A stretch of 64,000 bases of DNA from Octopus vulgaris (GCA_951406725.2 OX597827.1:46562001-46626000); one strand, 5' to 3'. Shown: positions 1-12,941, numbered from the stretch's first letter. Made by a program: numbers and translations. The notes: a model not told the origin generated them from the sequence alone.

Positions 1-1440
1 TTCAAACTTAACATGTATTTACAAACACACTCACACATAATAGCTAATTCCTGTTAGTTTGATTCGTTTTCGCCGGAATTGACAAACCTTTTGCAGCACA
101 TACTTCAAAATGATGGAAAGCCCTTTAATAAAGAAAAATACTTTGAAAATCCTTAAGGTTTTTTTTAGATGTCATCACTCCCATACGTTCACGACAGCCC
201 CCAAAATTTAGATGTTTATTTTAAACATCGCCCCCCCCCCCCCCAAAAAAAACCAGTACTCACCACTAAAATGATTTTTTTTGTTCGTTCGTTAATTTTT
301 GCCTGAAGCATTCGGAATTCACATTTTAAACAAAGCAAACATTCTTACACCCCTCTTCACCATTTCTGTTTATATGATTTTACTTTTGCTTTAATCTTGC
401 CATACTTTTTTTCTTTAAAAACAAAAAAAATCTTTTCTTTACGACATAAAAATTAAATCAGGAGGGAAACAATACTGTTTACACTTATTTACTCTGACAA
501 TTCCCATCATATTTAATTTTGCTATAAACGGAAATAAATATAAGATGCTGCTGTGACACACTTTTGCTATTTGATGGAGAAAATAGATGTTTTTTGGTTT
601 CGTTAGTCTTGAATTAAAAATATTCTTTTCTACTCTTTAGACGACTGAAATTGTTGTTTAATATTTCAAAATTCTAATTTCGGTTTTTCACGTACCAACT
701 TACGTTTGATCGTTCAACTTCTAATTGTGAAAGGTGCTATGAAGATAGGGCTTAGGAATTTTAATTTTAAATGTGAATACCAAATATTTCGGAATGTGGA
801 ATATAATATATTGACTAAAACTGAGGAAAAGAAAAGGGGAAAATCATTTGAAAAATCTTAGCAAAAAAGGAGAAAATCCATCTTTGGTGGGTGAGCTATT
901 CCGAAACTCCATCTATATGAACTTGTGGTTTATATAGATACTTGTGCTTTGTGGTTGAAAATAAAGGGAAAGTGTTCCCTTGAGTGATCAAGGTGTTCGC
1001 TTTGCAACCACGTGATTAGGGGTTCGATACTACTACTTATCGCCAAGTATCCTCTGTCATAGCCACTACTTAACTAATACTTTATAGGTGGAGTTCACTT
1101 GAGGAAATATAACCCTTATTTTTTTAATTATATATAATCGTTGTACTTTTTTCTAAATGCCAATCCGAATTACATTCTTGTGGCTAAATGTATACACCCA
1201 AATTAAGAAATATAGCTTTTTAGCACGAAATTTAACAATCTGCTTCTGTTACATATAATTTTGTTTACAAATTTCAAACCGATAAAAATACTGGTACTTG
1301 TTTCGAAGAATCAAGAAAACTGGCATGGTTATGACCTATCAAGCGTGAATTTAAATAAAATAAATGTAAAATGTTCGTTTGGAAAGACTAAGAAAAAGAT
1401 TGCTTATTCAGTTTAAAGAACTTTTACATCCAAAAGATTT

Positions 1441-2833
1441 TTACCAGAACTAGAGAAGTTTCAGGTGTGGAAACAAGGTCTAGAATTGAAGGGCCTTAGA
1501 GTTAACCTAGCAAAAACCAGTCTTAGTAAGTTGGAAAGCAGACAAACCAGAAATCCCATCAGATAGATGGCCCTGCTCAATCTGGAAGCATAAGAGGTGC
1601 AGTAATATCAGAGAGAGGTTAACTGGGAAAATAGGTCTTGCGTGTGGAAGTGCACAGGTACAATAAATACTAAAAATGTACAGAAAATAGATTCTATCAA
1701 ATGCCAGTGGAGTAAGCTAGAGGTGGTTGATAGCTTCCGTTTTCTAGGTGCTCAAGTCAGTAGCAGTGGTGGATGTTCCGAGAGTGTAGCTGTAAGAATA
1801 AGAATAGGCTGGACAAAGTTCAGAGAGCCCCTACCTCTGTTGGTGACACAGGGCCTCTCCCTTGGAGTGAAAGGCAGACTGTATGATGCCTGTGTGTGAA
1901 CAGCTGTGAGACATGGGTTGTGATTACTGAGTACATGTGTAAGTTTGAAAGAAATGAAGCTAGCATGCTTTGCTGGATGTGCAATGTCAGTGTGCATGTA
2001 TGCTTGAGTGTAAGAGTCTTGAGAAAAGTTGGGTATAGGAGGCATCAGATGTGGTGCACAAGAGAGATGACTGCACTGGTATAGTCATGTGATGCATATG
2101 GATGAGGACAGCTGTATAAAGAAGTACTGATCACTAACAGTGGAGGTAGTCTGAGGAAAAGGTAGACATGGGATGAGGTGGTGAAGTATGATCTTCAAAT
2201 GTCGGGCCTCATGGAGGCAGTGACTAGTGACTGAGACTTTTGGCAATCTGCTGTGCTTAAGAAGACTTTTCAAGTTAAGTGAAATAGTAGTTGTGGTCAG
2301 TGCTGGTGTCACATACCTGATACCCATGTCAGTGGCACATAAAAAAACACCTGTTGACCATTGGACCACACGAAGGCAATGTGGTTGTTGCTAGTGGCAT
2401 ACAATTGGCACCTGCACCAGTGGCACATAAAAAGCACCTTTTAAGTGTTGGGCTTCATGGAGGTAATGTGGCTGATGCCAGTGCCGCATAACTGGCACCT
2501 GTGCCAGTGACGTGTAAAAGGCATCTTTTGAGCATTGGGCCTCATGGAGGCAATGACAAATGACTGAGACCATTGGCAATATGCCGTGCTTAAGAAGAAA
2601 ACCCATCAAGCCAAGTGAAATTATAGTCGTGACAGATACTGGTGCCATGCAACTGGCATGCAAGTGCACCCATTACACTGTAGGAGTGGTTGGCGTTAGG
2701 AAGGACATCCAGCTGTTGAAACCATGCCGAATCAGACTGGAGTCTGGTGCATCTGCTCAGCTTAACAAACTTGGTCAAACTGTCCAACCTATGCTAGCAT
2801 GGACAGCAGACATTAAAAGATGATGATGATGAT
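1441..2833 (+). mobile_element. 5'-truncated, decayed RTE-clade LINE (ORF2 C-terminus, 3'UTR, (GAT)n tail)
   Basis: Frameshifted peptides WKQGLELKGLRVNLAKT, VVDSFRFLG...RIRIGWTKFRE...VKGRLYDACV; then GGCACRTAAAAAGCACC repeats, GGCGTTAGGAAGGxCATCCAGC and a GAT tail. Confidence 0.85.
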
Positions 2834-3610
2834 GTAATCCATGCCACATATGTAGCCAAATGCCCTTACATACCACGCTATTTTCTAGTTAACAATTTGG
2901 TCTGTTTTTATTTATAAAGCCCTTCCTTTGTGTGATTCTTTTAGGAACCCTAAAGAGTTGATTGATGTAGAGTGCTGAAAGCTTTTTCTTAAATCATTAA
3001 GATCTAATTTAGTCTTTAAAAGCTTAAGAACTGTTGGATAGTTGGTGGTGAAGGGATATGAGCATGACGACTGCAGAAATGTTATGACATGCATTATGTG
3101 TGTGTGTGTGTGGGGGGGGGGGGGTGATTTTGGGTTCAATCCTGTTATGTGACGCCTTGGGTAAATGTCTTTACTCTAGACTCTGGCCAACCAAAGCTTT
3201 CTCAGTGTATTTGGTAGATGGAAACTGAAAGCAGCCCATCACATACATGTGTTTCTGTTTCCTTCACTTGACATCTCTTGGTAGTTGTAGATGTAAATGT
3301 GCATTGCTGTTGTATAATTACAATCTTCCATGAAAACATGTCCGGCTTTGGAAACTGGTGATGATTAGCATGAAGGGCATGACTTTAAGGAAATCTGTCT
3401 CGACAAATTTTGTCTAACTCATGCAAGCATGGAAAAGTATATGTTAAAATGATATGAATGTTGGATGGGCCCACGCAATCTGTCAAATGTGTAATTGTTA
3501 TATATTTCTATGCTGCTGTTAGGAAAATGGATTTTGTCTTGCACCACTTTTAGATGCTGAAATAAATAAATAAATAAATTGTCTTTTCTCTCTCTCTCTC
3601 TCTCTGTCAG

Positions 3611-3838
3611 GCCTTTGACATCACAAGAAAAAAAGTCTGGTTCACATGCTGTTGTGAACATTTCTCCGGAAAAAAAAGAAGTGAGCGTGCGCGAAAAGAT
3701 GGGCATAGTAACACAGATGAAAACATTTGGATTTGACTATGTATTTCCTCCGGATGCCAAGCAGATCGACATATACAAAGCAGTGGTTATCCCAATTATT
3801 GACGAGGTGCTGCTTGGTTACAATTGTACCATTTTTGC
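3611..3838 (+). CDS. KIF11: KIF11 exon 2 (motor N-terminus)
   Basis: tgtcag|G CCT...TTT GC|gtaagt; (R)PLTSQEKKSGSHAVVNISPEKKEVSVR...TFGFDYVF...QIDIYKAVVIPIIDEVLLGYNCTIFA. Confidence 0.96.
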
Positions 3839-4021
3839 GTAAGTAATTTTTGGTAAATTTTTACTATGCACCCATCTTATTTTGAAGGTGAGGGTTTACC
3901 TAAAGAACAAGTGATTTCTGATGGTCAGATTTGTTCAAAAACCATAAGAAATATATAAATTTCATCTTCTAAATGAAATTAAAAGATTTTTGTTTCTATT
4001 ATTAAAAGATTTTTGTTTCTA

Positions 4022-4397
4022 GCCCCCGTGCCGGTGACACGTAAAAGCACCATCCATTCGTGGCCATTTCCCAGCTCTGTCTGGCCCCCGTGTTGGTGGC
4101 ACGTAAAAGCACCATCCGTTCGTGTCCGTTGCCAGCCTCGCCTGGCCCCCGTGTCGGTGACACGTAAAAGCATCATCCGTTTGCCAGCTCTGTCTGGCAC
4201 CTGTGCGGGTGGTACGTAAAAAGCACCCACTACACTCACGGAGTGGTTGGCGTTAGGAAGGGCATCCAGCCGTAGAAACACTGCCAGATCTGACAGGGCC
4301 TGATGAAGCCTTCCAGCTTCACAGACCCCAGTTGAACCGTCCAACCCATGCTAGCATGGAAAACGGATGCTAAATGATGATGATGATGATGATGATT
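4022..4397 (+). mobile_element. RTE 3'UTR-only copy. Other copies near 5930-6465+, 12300-12480-, 13925-14115+, 17222-17495+, 19330-19595+, 24548-24800-, 58750-59000-, 59420-59660+, 60830-61318+
   Basis: Same repeat units, core and (GAT)n tail as 1441-2833 and 62220-62805. Confidence 0.85.
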
Positions 4398-5358
4398 ACA
4401 GTGGTTTCAAAGTGAAATAGTAAAAACTTCACTTTTTATTTTATTTTCCCTTGCACTTAAATTTTTTTAGAATTCAGTATATTTTTAATCCATCCCATTT
4501 TTTTTTTACTGATTTTTTTTTTTTTTGCATATATTGTTTTGCTTTTAGGTTCTAGTTTCATTTTTGCCTTGGAAATGTTATGTAACAGATGAGGCTTGTG
4601 TTGGAATTTAGGGAATCAAATTCACAAACATTGTTTGTAATGTAGTAGGTGGGAGCATTGGAAATGCTGGCAGTAACCCTTTAGCCTTCATGTTGCTCTG
4701 TCAAAAGCAATACTTATTTTAATTAATCATGCATTATCTTATAACTTTGAGATGTGTAGGGTAGGTGTGAGAGACCAGATCTGGCTAGTCTGATTATACA
4801 GCACATAAAAATTGGGCCAGATATGGCTAATTTAAATGTTAAATGATTAATGGTTTATACGTTCATTCACAACTTGAACTAATGTATATTAATGCCAAAT
4901 CCTCCTCTCATCATTCTTGTGAAACCCTCCAGGCTCTGGACTAATTGCTATGATCAATTCTTTTGTCCAGAATATTGGCCCTCTGGAATTTCCTCCCTGT
5001 TCTTGCAGATGTTAGGAATGGTAATGTCATCATTCTCACTGGTCTAAGAGGGCCTCCAAAGGCCATGGACACAACCCCTTTTTCAAGGTCTCTGCAAGTA
5101 AAAAACACAAAACAAAACTGTGGAATGCATTGTATACATACAAAGAAAAACAATCTCGACAGTTTATTAGATTCTAGGACTAATCTTGAGAGCATTTAGC
5201 AAGTATGACGGAATTTTTCTGGTGAGACTTTTAAGAATGGTATTTCTAACAAAATGCACTGATTTTGAAAATAATCATGTGCTTAGAATGATTTAATAAA
5301 ACGACTTAGCTATCAAGCTGGTTTTTAGAACATAGCTTAGCGAAAGGTTGAAAGGGTC

Positions 5359-5674
5359 TTAACCCCTTACCCGGCAGAAACGAATATATGCGTTTTGACC
5401 GAAATCGTTTTTTACCATCTCTGGCGAGTTAACTCGTCAAAAGATAGACTCGCCAAAATCGACAGCAAACGAGTTCCTTCGTCTAAAAACGGGTTAACTC
5501 GTTTCTGCCCAATGCCGTAATTTAAAATCAATATTATTGAATTAAAATTCATAATAAATAAGGTTTGAAATATACCTCGAAATCACCATTCAAAACATAG
5601 TAAAATAAAACAATTAAAAAATATGTCTGAAAAAATACATTTATTTTCAAAATAATTGTTGGGTAAGGAGTTAA
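5359..5674. mobile_element. piggyBac-type MITE (CCCCTTACCC termini)
   Basis: TTAA on both sides; imperfect TIR ccccttacccggcag / ttgttgggtaaggag. Confidence 0.75.
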
Positions 5675-6575
5675 TATAATAAAATATGACAGGTTTTAAT
5701 TTAACCATTTAGCATATCTGGCCCAAATATCCTACTTTGTTATAATTTCAAACCATCTAGATTTGGCCTCATGCCTACCCTACAGTGTCATTCTAAAAAT
5801 AATCCATCATCAGATTCCCAAAGCTACATGATAATATATGAATAATTTCAAAATAATGTGTATAAATAAACATTGTATTTGACAACAGAATGATCTGAAA
5901 GCAAAAGGGTTAAAATATTTTTTTGTGTTGGGCCTCATGCAGGCAATGACAAGCAACTGAGACCTTTGGAGATATATCGTCGTGCTTGAGAAGACCTGTC
6001 AAGCCAAGTGAGATTGTGGTCGTGGATGATGCCGGTGTTGCATAACTGGCCTGTTAAAAGCACCCTTCAAACGTTGGGCGATACGCTGTGCTCGTGAAGC
6101 CCTGTCAAGCTGAGTGAAACCACAGTTGTGGCCGATGCCAGTTCTGGTGGTATGTAAAAAGCACCATTCATGTGTTTGGCCTCATAGCGAGTGACAGGTG
6201 ACCGAGACCTTTGGTGAAATACTATGCTTGTGCAGACCTCTCAAGCCAAGTGAGACTGTAGTTGTGGCCAATGTTGGTGTCTGGTCAATGGCATATAAAA
6301 AGCACCCACTACACTCTTGGTATGGGTGGCATTAGGAAGGACATCCAGCTATAGAAACCTTGCCAAATCAGATCGGAACCTGGTGCAACTCCCTGGCTTA
6401 GCAGTTTTCAGTCAAACTGTCCAATCCATGCCAACATGGAAAACACGTTAAATGATGATGATGACAGGACCGGAAGCATGTTGGTCTTGAAAGAAATGAA
6501 ATTACAGTAGTTTGTTTAAATGACTTTTGCCAGCTTTCAAGGAACAGTATAATGAATTCAGTTTACATTTTGTAG

Positions 6576-6717
6576 CTATGGACAAACAGGGACGGGAAAG
6601 ACCTTCACAATGGAAGGCGAGCGGAGTGAAGATGTGAACTGTAGTTGGGAAGATGATCCGCTGGCTGGTGTCATTCCAAGAAGTATGAATCACATTTTTG
6701 ATGAGTTGAAGAAGCAG
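6576..6717 (+). CDS. KIF11: KIF11 exon 3 (P-loop, loop L5)
   Basis: tgtag|C TAT...CAG|gttagt; [47 protein letters not shown]. Confidence 0.96.
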
Positions 6718-7287
6718 GTTAGTGTCCATCAATTATATTAGTTTGTGTTGTTTTTGTTGTTTACAACCACCAGTCGCGATCAGGCAGGTCAGGTTGTGAT
6801 TCTTTTTTTAACTAGATTTAGTTTATCTAGGATTACATCATCAAATGTTTTTAAGGCAGTACGCTGTGTTCTAATAGCAATTTGGCTGCTATTTCTTGTC
6901 ATTCAGGTACAAATTAATTTTTTCTATCACCATCAGAACTGTTCATGTCTAGACCACTCATGTGGTTTTTAATTTTGCTTATAGTTTTGCTAAATTAAAA
7001 TGAAATTATTTGGAATTTTTTTAGTTTAGATGATTTGAAATCTAAAGTGTTTATCATAGAAGCAAGGACAGTGTTGGTGGATTGGTATAAAAAAAGATTA
7101 AAACATCAGCAACAGAGCTGGCATTGATGTATTTTGTATCATAGAGTAAATAAAAATATTGTCCATAGTCAAAGTATGATGTAAATTAATTGCAAGGCAG
7201 TGGTCAAGCATGGCTGCAGTCCAGGGACTAAAACAAATGAAGGCTGTTTTTTAACTGTCATTTATACTTTTTGTTTTCGTGTTTTAG

Positions 7288-7395
7288 GATGTTGAATTTT
7301 CCATCCGAGTTTCTTTTATTGAATTGTACAATGAAGAATTATTTGATCTACTGGGGAATACTAGTAACTTAAGGATGTTTGAAGATCCAAAACGA
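7288..7395 (+). CDS. KIF11: KIF11 exon 4
   Basis: ttttag|GAT...CGA|gtaaga; [36 protein letters not shown]. Confidence 0.95.
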
Positions 7396-7583
7396 GTAAG
7401 AAAACTTTTTTCTATTTTTCTATGAAACTTTTTCTAAATTTTTTTTTTCAGAGATATTTATATCGTTACTTTATCAAATTATTTCCACATAACGTAAATA
7501 ATTTAATATGACAATGACTATAAGATATACTTGATGTATGAAATATCTGGATGGAAAATTTATTGAAATGTATCAACTTACAT

Positions 7584-8044
7584 TATTTACATCTTGTTTA
7601 TTGTTAACACAACATTTTGGCTGATATACCCTCCAGCCTTCATCAGGTGTCTTGGGGAACTTTCGAACCTGGGTTCTCATTCCCAAGGTATTTTTTGATG
7701 TCATTATTATTATCATCATCATCATTCAGGTCACTGCCTGGAATCAAACTCGGAATCTTGGGGTTATTAGCCTGCGCTATGGGCATATGGTGTAGTGGTT
7801 AAGAGCACGGGCTACTAATCCCAAGATTCCAAGTTTGATTCCAGGCACTGACCTGAATAATAATAATAGTAACATCAAAAAATACCTTAGGAATGAGAAC
7901 CCAGGGCCAAAATTTCCCCAAGACACCTGATGAAGGCTGGAGGATATATCAGCTGAAACATTGTGTTAACAACAAACAAGATGGGGACAAATATCCGTCA
8001 AATGTAAAGAATGTACATAATTCCTCATCTTTTCAATATAGAAC
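7584..8044. mobile_element. Palindromic tRNA-headed retroelement with hammerhead ribozyme motif
   Basis: 15-bp TSD tgtatcaacttacat (7569-7583, 8045-8059); inverted arms 7590-7778 and 7804-7983; A box 7788-7798, B box 7833-7842; CTGATGA 7927-7933, GAAA 7955-7958. Confidence 0.85.
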
Positions 8045-8969
8045 TGTATCAACTTACATAGATTTGTGTAAAATTGATTGAAATGTTTGAAGAATTTGTG
8101 TTAAAATATGAGATTAGCTTTTGAAATTTGAGTTAATTTCTGTATTTCACTTTTTTATTTGATCTAAAATGAATCATTTATCTTGTTTAAACTCAAAGTT
8201 TTAAACTATTGCCTAAGAAGAGGCTTAGGAATCAACAATATGATGTTAACAACATACAATTCTTGTATGTTCAAATTCCATGGGTAGCTTTTGACTTTTT
8301 CCATCCAAATGGTTTTTTTAACCTGATATTTACTCACTGTTGTTTATAGCTTTATTTGCTTCAAGATCTACCATTCCAAAAAAAAGAATTATTTCATGTT
8401 CTCTGAAATTTTTTTTGTGACCACAATAATTAAAAAAAATGTTTTTATGTCGTTATTATGTTAAACTGTCATATGTCCAAATCTGGTCTAATGCATTTTT
8501 TTTTCAATGTTTATTTTTGCTTTCAATAGCCAGTTCTTTTGGTCAAACTATCATATCTTCAGCTGTTTCAGATGCCGAGATATCAAAAATTGTCAAAGTG
8601 TAGTGCAACGGTTTTGCTATGGAATGGTGAAACTATTTTTTTATTTTCTGAAAAAGCAACGTTTTGGACTTATGACACTTTTGCATAATAGCAACAATGT
8701 GCAGTCATTTCCCCTGTAAGACCACTTGAAATGCTGAAATCCCTTCGGTTGTTGGGTGGAGTGGAGTTCTAGAGTTGATGCTTCAGTGTGAAGGGTGTTT
8801 TGATGCATAGGTAAATGTAGAGAAGAGCCGGTTGGAGGGAGTGAACGAGATATTGTAAAAGGAACTGGTTTTCATGGATGGAAATGACATACACACAGTT
8901 AGATATTTGTTGAAACCTATAATCATTTATATTTAGTTTCTTAAGAAGCATTTGACTTCCTTTTTCTAG

Positions 8970-9097
8970 CAAGGGTCTCTTATTATCCATGGAATGGAAG
9001 AAATTACAGTCAACTTCAAAGACGAGATTTATCAAGTTCTTGAGCGTGGAGCCTCTCGCAGACAGACTGCTTCTACTTTGATGAATGCTACTTCCAG
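8970..9097 (+). CDS. KIF11: KIF11 exon 5 (helix a3, start of switch I)
   Basis: ttctag|CAA...TCC AG|gtgaga; [42 protein letters not shown]. Confidence 0.95.
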
Positions 9098-9141
9098 GTG
9101 AGACTTGAGAAGGCGTTGCACACTTCATTTTATCATTATTA

Positions 9142-9672
9142 AGGTGGTGAGCTGGCAGAATTGTTAACATACTGGGCAAAATGCCTTGCGGCACTTTGCC
9201 CGTTTTTACGTTCTGAGTTGAAATTCTACCATGGTTGACTTTGCCTTTCATCCTTTCGGGGTCAATAAAATGAATACCAATTGTGTACTGGGGTCGATGT
9301 TATTGACTATTCCCCTTCCCCAAATTTCAGGCCTTGTGCCTATAATAGAAAGGATTATCATCATCATCATTATTTTATTTTTTTTTTATGATATACGCTG
9401 TATTTCTGCGGTGAGCTGGCAGAATTGTTAGCATGCTGGGCAAAATGCCTTGCAGCACTTTGTCCATCTTTACGTTCTCGGTTCAAATTCTGCCAAGGTT
9501 GACTTTGCCTTTCATCTTTTCGGGGTCAATAAAATAATGACCTGTTGTGTACTGGGGTCGATGTAATTGACTATCCCCTTTCCCCAAATTTCTGGCCTTT
9601 GTGCCTATAATAGAAAGGATTATCGTCATTATTATTATTATTTTTGTTTTTGATGATATACGCTGTATTTCT
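9142..9672 (+). mobile_element. Two tandem SINE copies with a Meta-like central domain
   Basis: ggtgagctggcagaattgttagca...gttcaaattc...gactttgcctttcatcctttcggggtcaataaaat twice; each unit ends in atgatatacgctgtatttct. Confidence 0.8.
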
Positions 9673-9735
9673 ATCTGAGGAATGCACTGGTTGGAATTGA
9701 ACAAATGTTTCTAATTCATTTATCTTTGATTTCAG

Positions 9736-9826
9736 TCGTTCCCATTCAGTGTTTAGTGTGACCATCCATACAAAAGATACAACAATAACCGGTGAAGAGT
9801 TGTTAAAGACAGGCAAACTGTATTTG
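9736..9826 (+). CDS. KIF11: KIF11 exon 6
   Basis: ttcag|T CGT...TTG|gtaagt; [31 protein letters not shown]. Confidence 0.96.
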
Positions 9827-9898
9827 GTAAGTGTGCTGTTTCTGATCAGATGGCATTTGTCTCGTTCTTTTTGTATTTTTTTTTTTTTTTTACCTTTA

Positions 9899-10232
9899 TT
9901 AACCCTTTTGATACCAAACTAAATTCTTTGTTATATTTTAAATAATTGAAGGAAACACAGAGTATCTCAACAGAAATATGGTAACAAACCGGTTAAAATA
10001 TATAATAGAGAAACTATTCCTAACCCTTTTGATACCAAACCGATTCTGGCTCTGTAGTACAAATGTCTTGTTTTCATAAGTTTTGAATTAAAATCTTCCA
10101 CTAAACGTTAGTCACAATTTATGTTCCTAACACTAGCTTAATGATTTATTTTACTAAATTCTTTGTTTTGTTTAAAATTAATTGAAAGAAACACAGAGCT
10201 TCTCAAAATAAAAACAGTAATGGAAAGGTTAA
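9899..10232. mobile_element. piggyBac MITE dimer, first unit internally deleted
   Basis: TTAA ends, two CCCTTTTGATACC starts, spacer aatatataatagagaaactattcc. Confidence 0.75.
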
Positions 10233-10801
10233 GGACAGTTGCCGTTTCTCATTCTTGTGAGTGGGAGTGTCACTTGTATCAATCATTTCTCCAACCTACA
10301 CAATGTAGAGAATATGACATAGCATTCTCACACTCTGACCTTACCTGATAAGCAAGGTGTGAAACAACAAGGTGAGCATAAAGGAGCTTTTCATTAAAAG
10401 ATGACATTGCACATAAGCAGGGTCAAGTCTCATTCTGTAATTGCTTACCAACAGTGGAGATAAAAATCGTAATAGCATGCTGTGATCAGTTCTGGGGTAT
10501 ATTTTTTTAATGTTTTCTGAGTTAAATCAATCCTATCAGCCCTATTACATTTTCTTTTCCATAACATGATGATTATTTTACTGATTTTCAGTTTTAGGGG
10601 GACTTAATCACACATATGCATGGACACAGTTACACACACATTTGCCTGTCTGTATATGTTATATATTTCGCAGAGTGCCACAATGGCTCTGAAGTGTACT
10701 TGGTCTATACTGGTCTCATGGTTATACGTTCAAAATTTTGTCTTTCAGCAAGGCAAGACACATTGGCTTTTGCTTGCCCCAGAAATACGTATTGAACTTA
10801 A

Positions 10802-10918
<117 letters not shown>

Positions 10919-11097
10919 TAATCCTTATGACCTTTTGGTACCAACACCTTTCTCAAGCTGCCTCTTCTCTGATATTGATTTCCTGTTTAAAGCAATCTAA
11001 ATTAAAGCTTTCTGTTAAGATCTCATGTTCCAAACATTTTAATAATAGCAAAGTTATTTTAGTAAATCTTTCATTATTTTCAAGATTGACACAATGA

Positions 11098-11226
<129 letters not shown>

Positions 11227-12941
11227 TAAGATTTTTTTTTTTTTTTTTTTTTGTTCAAGTAATTTTCTAATCAAACTTGACTCTACCTGTTATTAATTAG
11301 TTGCCCTATTTATTCATTTAGATTTAGGAGTTGCTAGGTACACATTGTTAATGGTCTTGTTTCGCAATATGACAAAGTATGATTTACTGTTTCACATTCC
11401 ACCCTCTTCATCTGAACATGGAATGGGACTTAAAAAGAAAAGGTTTTGTTAGTTCTGGACTTGTTATTGACTTGTCACAGCAGTCATTTATTCCTCTGAA
11501 CAAGCTACATAACTCTTCGCGTTCCAATATTTCTGACCTATAATAATACACTTGAGAGACTAGCATTAGGAAAGGCATTTGAACTGAAAAACATAAAAAA
11601 TTTCTGTAGCAGAATGTGCAATGGCCACTTTACCTATGGCATGGTTGTGAAATAGAAATTATTCAAATATCTAAATGAGCTGTTGTAAATAAGGCTGCAA
11701 TTTTTCAGTCTATTAACCAAATTTTAAAATAGTAAATCTATGCTATTCACTGATTAATTTGACTACTGCCCATCATAAGGTGTTGTTTTATCCCTAGATA
11801 TATACATAGTTCTTTGTTCAGTACATAGAGAAATAAAGTACATGACTGAACTGCAAACCAATTGTAATGTGTAGTTGTAAATATCGAGATGTCTTCATCT
11901 CTGAGGATGAGGTTAATATCCAAACAATAACAACTAGGTATTATTCTCCCACTCCATTTTGAATGCTTAAACTGTTGTCATGTAGGCAGACTGAGTTGAA
12001 TGGAGTTAGGTACTTTGTTCCAGAGCACTGTACAATGGTTCTCTTACTCCAACACCATAGATTAGCTAACAGGAAGACACGGTGCCCATTGACACTGGTG
12101 AAAGAGTAGATACAATGTCAGAGGAAGATTATCCAGAGATTACCAGCCAAAATTATTGGTTGTTCATAATCTGTCAACTATAGTTATATATGAATGTCAG
12201 GTAGTGAGACCTAGTTTTTAAATAGGTATTATGTGATGTTAGATTTTCAATGTTAAGATGAAATCCCTTATTGGGTGTCAACTGGAAAGTGATGGTTCCA
12301 TCATCATCATCGTTTAACGTCCGCTTTCCATGCTAGCAAACCGGATGGCTGCACCAGGCTCCAATTTTGATCTGACAATTTCTACAGTTGGATGCCCTTC
12401 CTAACGCCAGCCACTCCTAGAGTGTAGTGGGTGCTTTTACATGCCACCGACACGAGGGCCAGTCAGGTGGTACTGGCAATGGTTAATACAAAACAGAAAT
12501 AGATGCAGGCATGGGTGTATGTTTAAGGTGTTTGTTTCCCAACTACATGGGTTCTGTTTCAGTCCCACTGTGCTACACTGTGGTCTTGGAAACAAGGGAA
12601 GACAACCCTTTGTGTGCATATGTCTGTCTACATCTTTAATTGCTTTTTATGGAAGTGTGACATGTGGTGGTGGTGTTTGTTTTTCTGATCTGTAAATCAT
12701 CTGGGCACTTGACGTTTTGAAGCCCTATGGAGTAGAGATCCTTTACTTGAAAATCTGGAAAAAGTTAGTGCAATGAAGGGCATACTCATCCAACCCATGT
12801 AACCATGAAAAAAACAGATGTAAAACAAAGTTTGTATTCATACAAGAAATGACATTTACATGTACATGCTAACACACGCATATTCATCCACCAATTACAA
12901 TATTTGTAGAAGCTTATTTATTTTTCTCTATTCTCTTCCAG

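Noticed and set aside
1-3610. KIF11 exon 1, including the candidate at about 860-897 ending ggtgg|gtgagc
   Set aside because: No NIQVxVRC-like peptide or phase-2 donor was found; exon 1 probably lies upstream of the window.
7781-7853. tRNA gene
   Set aside because: Decayed A/B boxes, no proper acceptor stem, embedded in a TSD-flanked element. Other tRNA-like heads in the window are likewise SINE parts.
8449-8696. Structured RNA from an imperfect inverted repeat
   Set aside because: Roughly 33-bp diverged arms, best explained as an old MITE; ends and TSD could not be defined.
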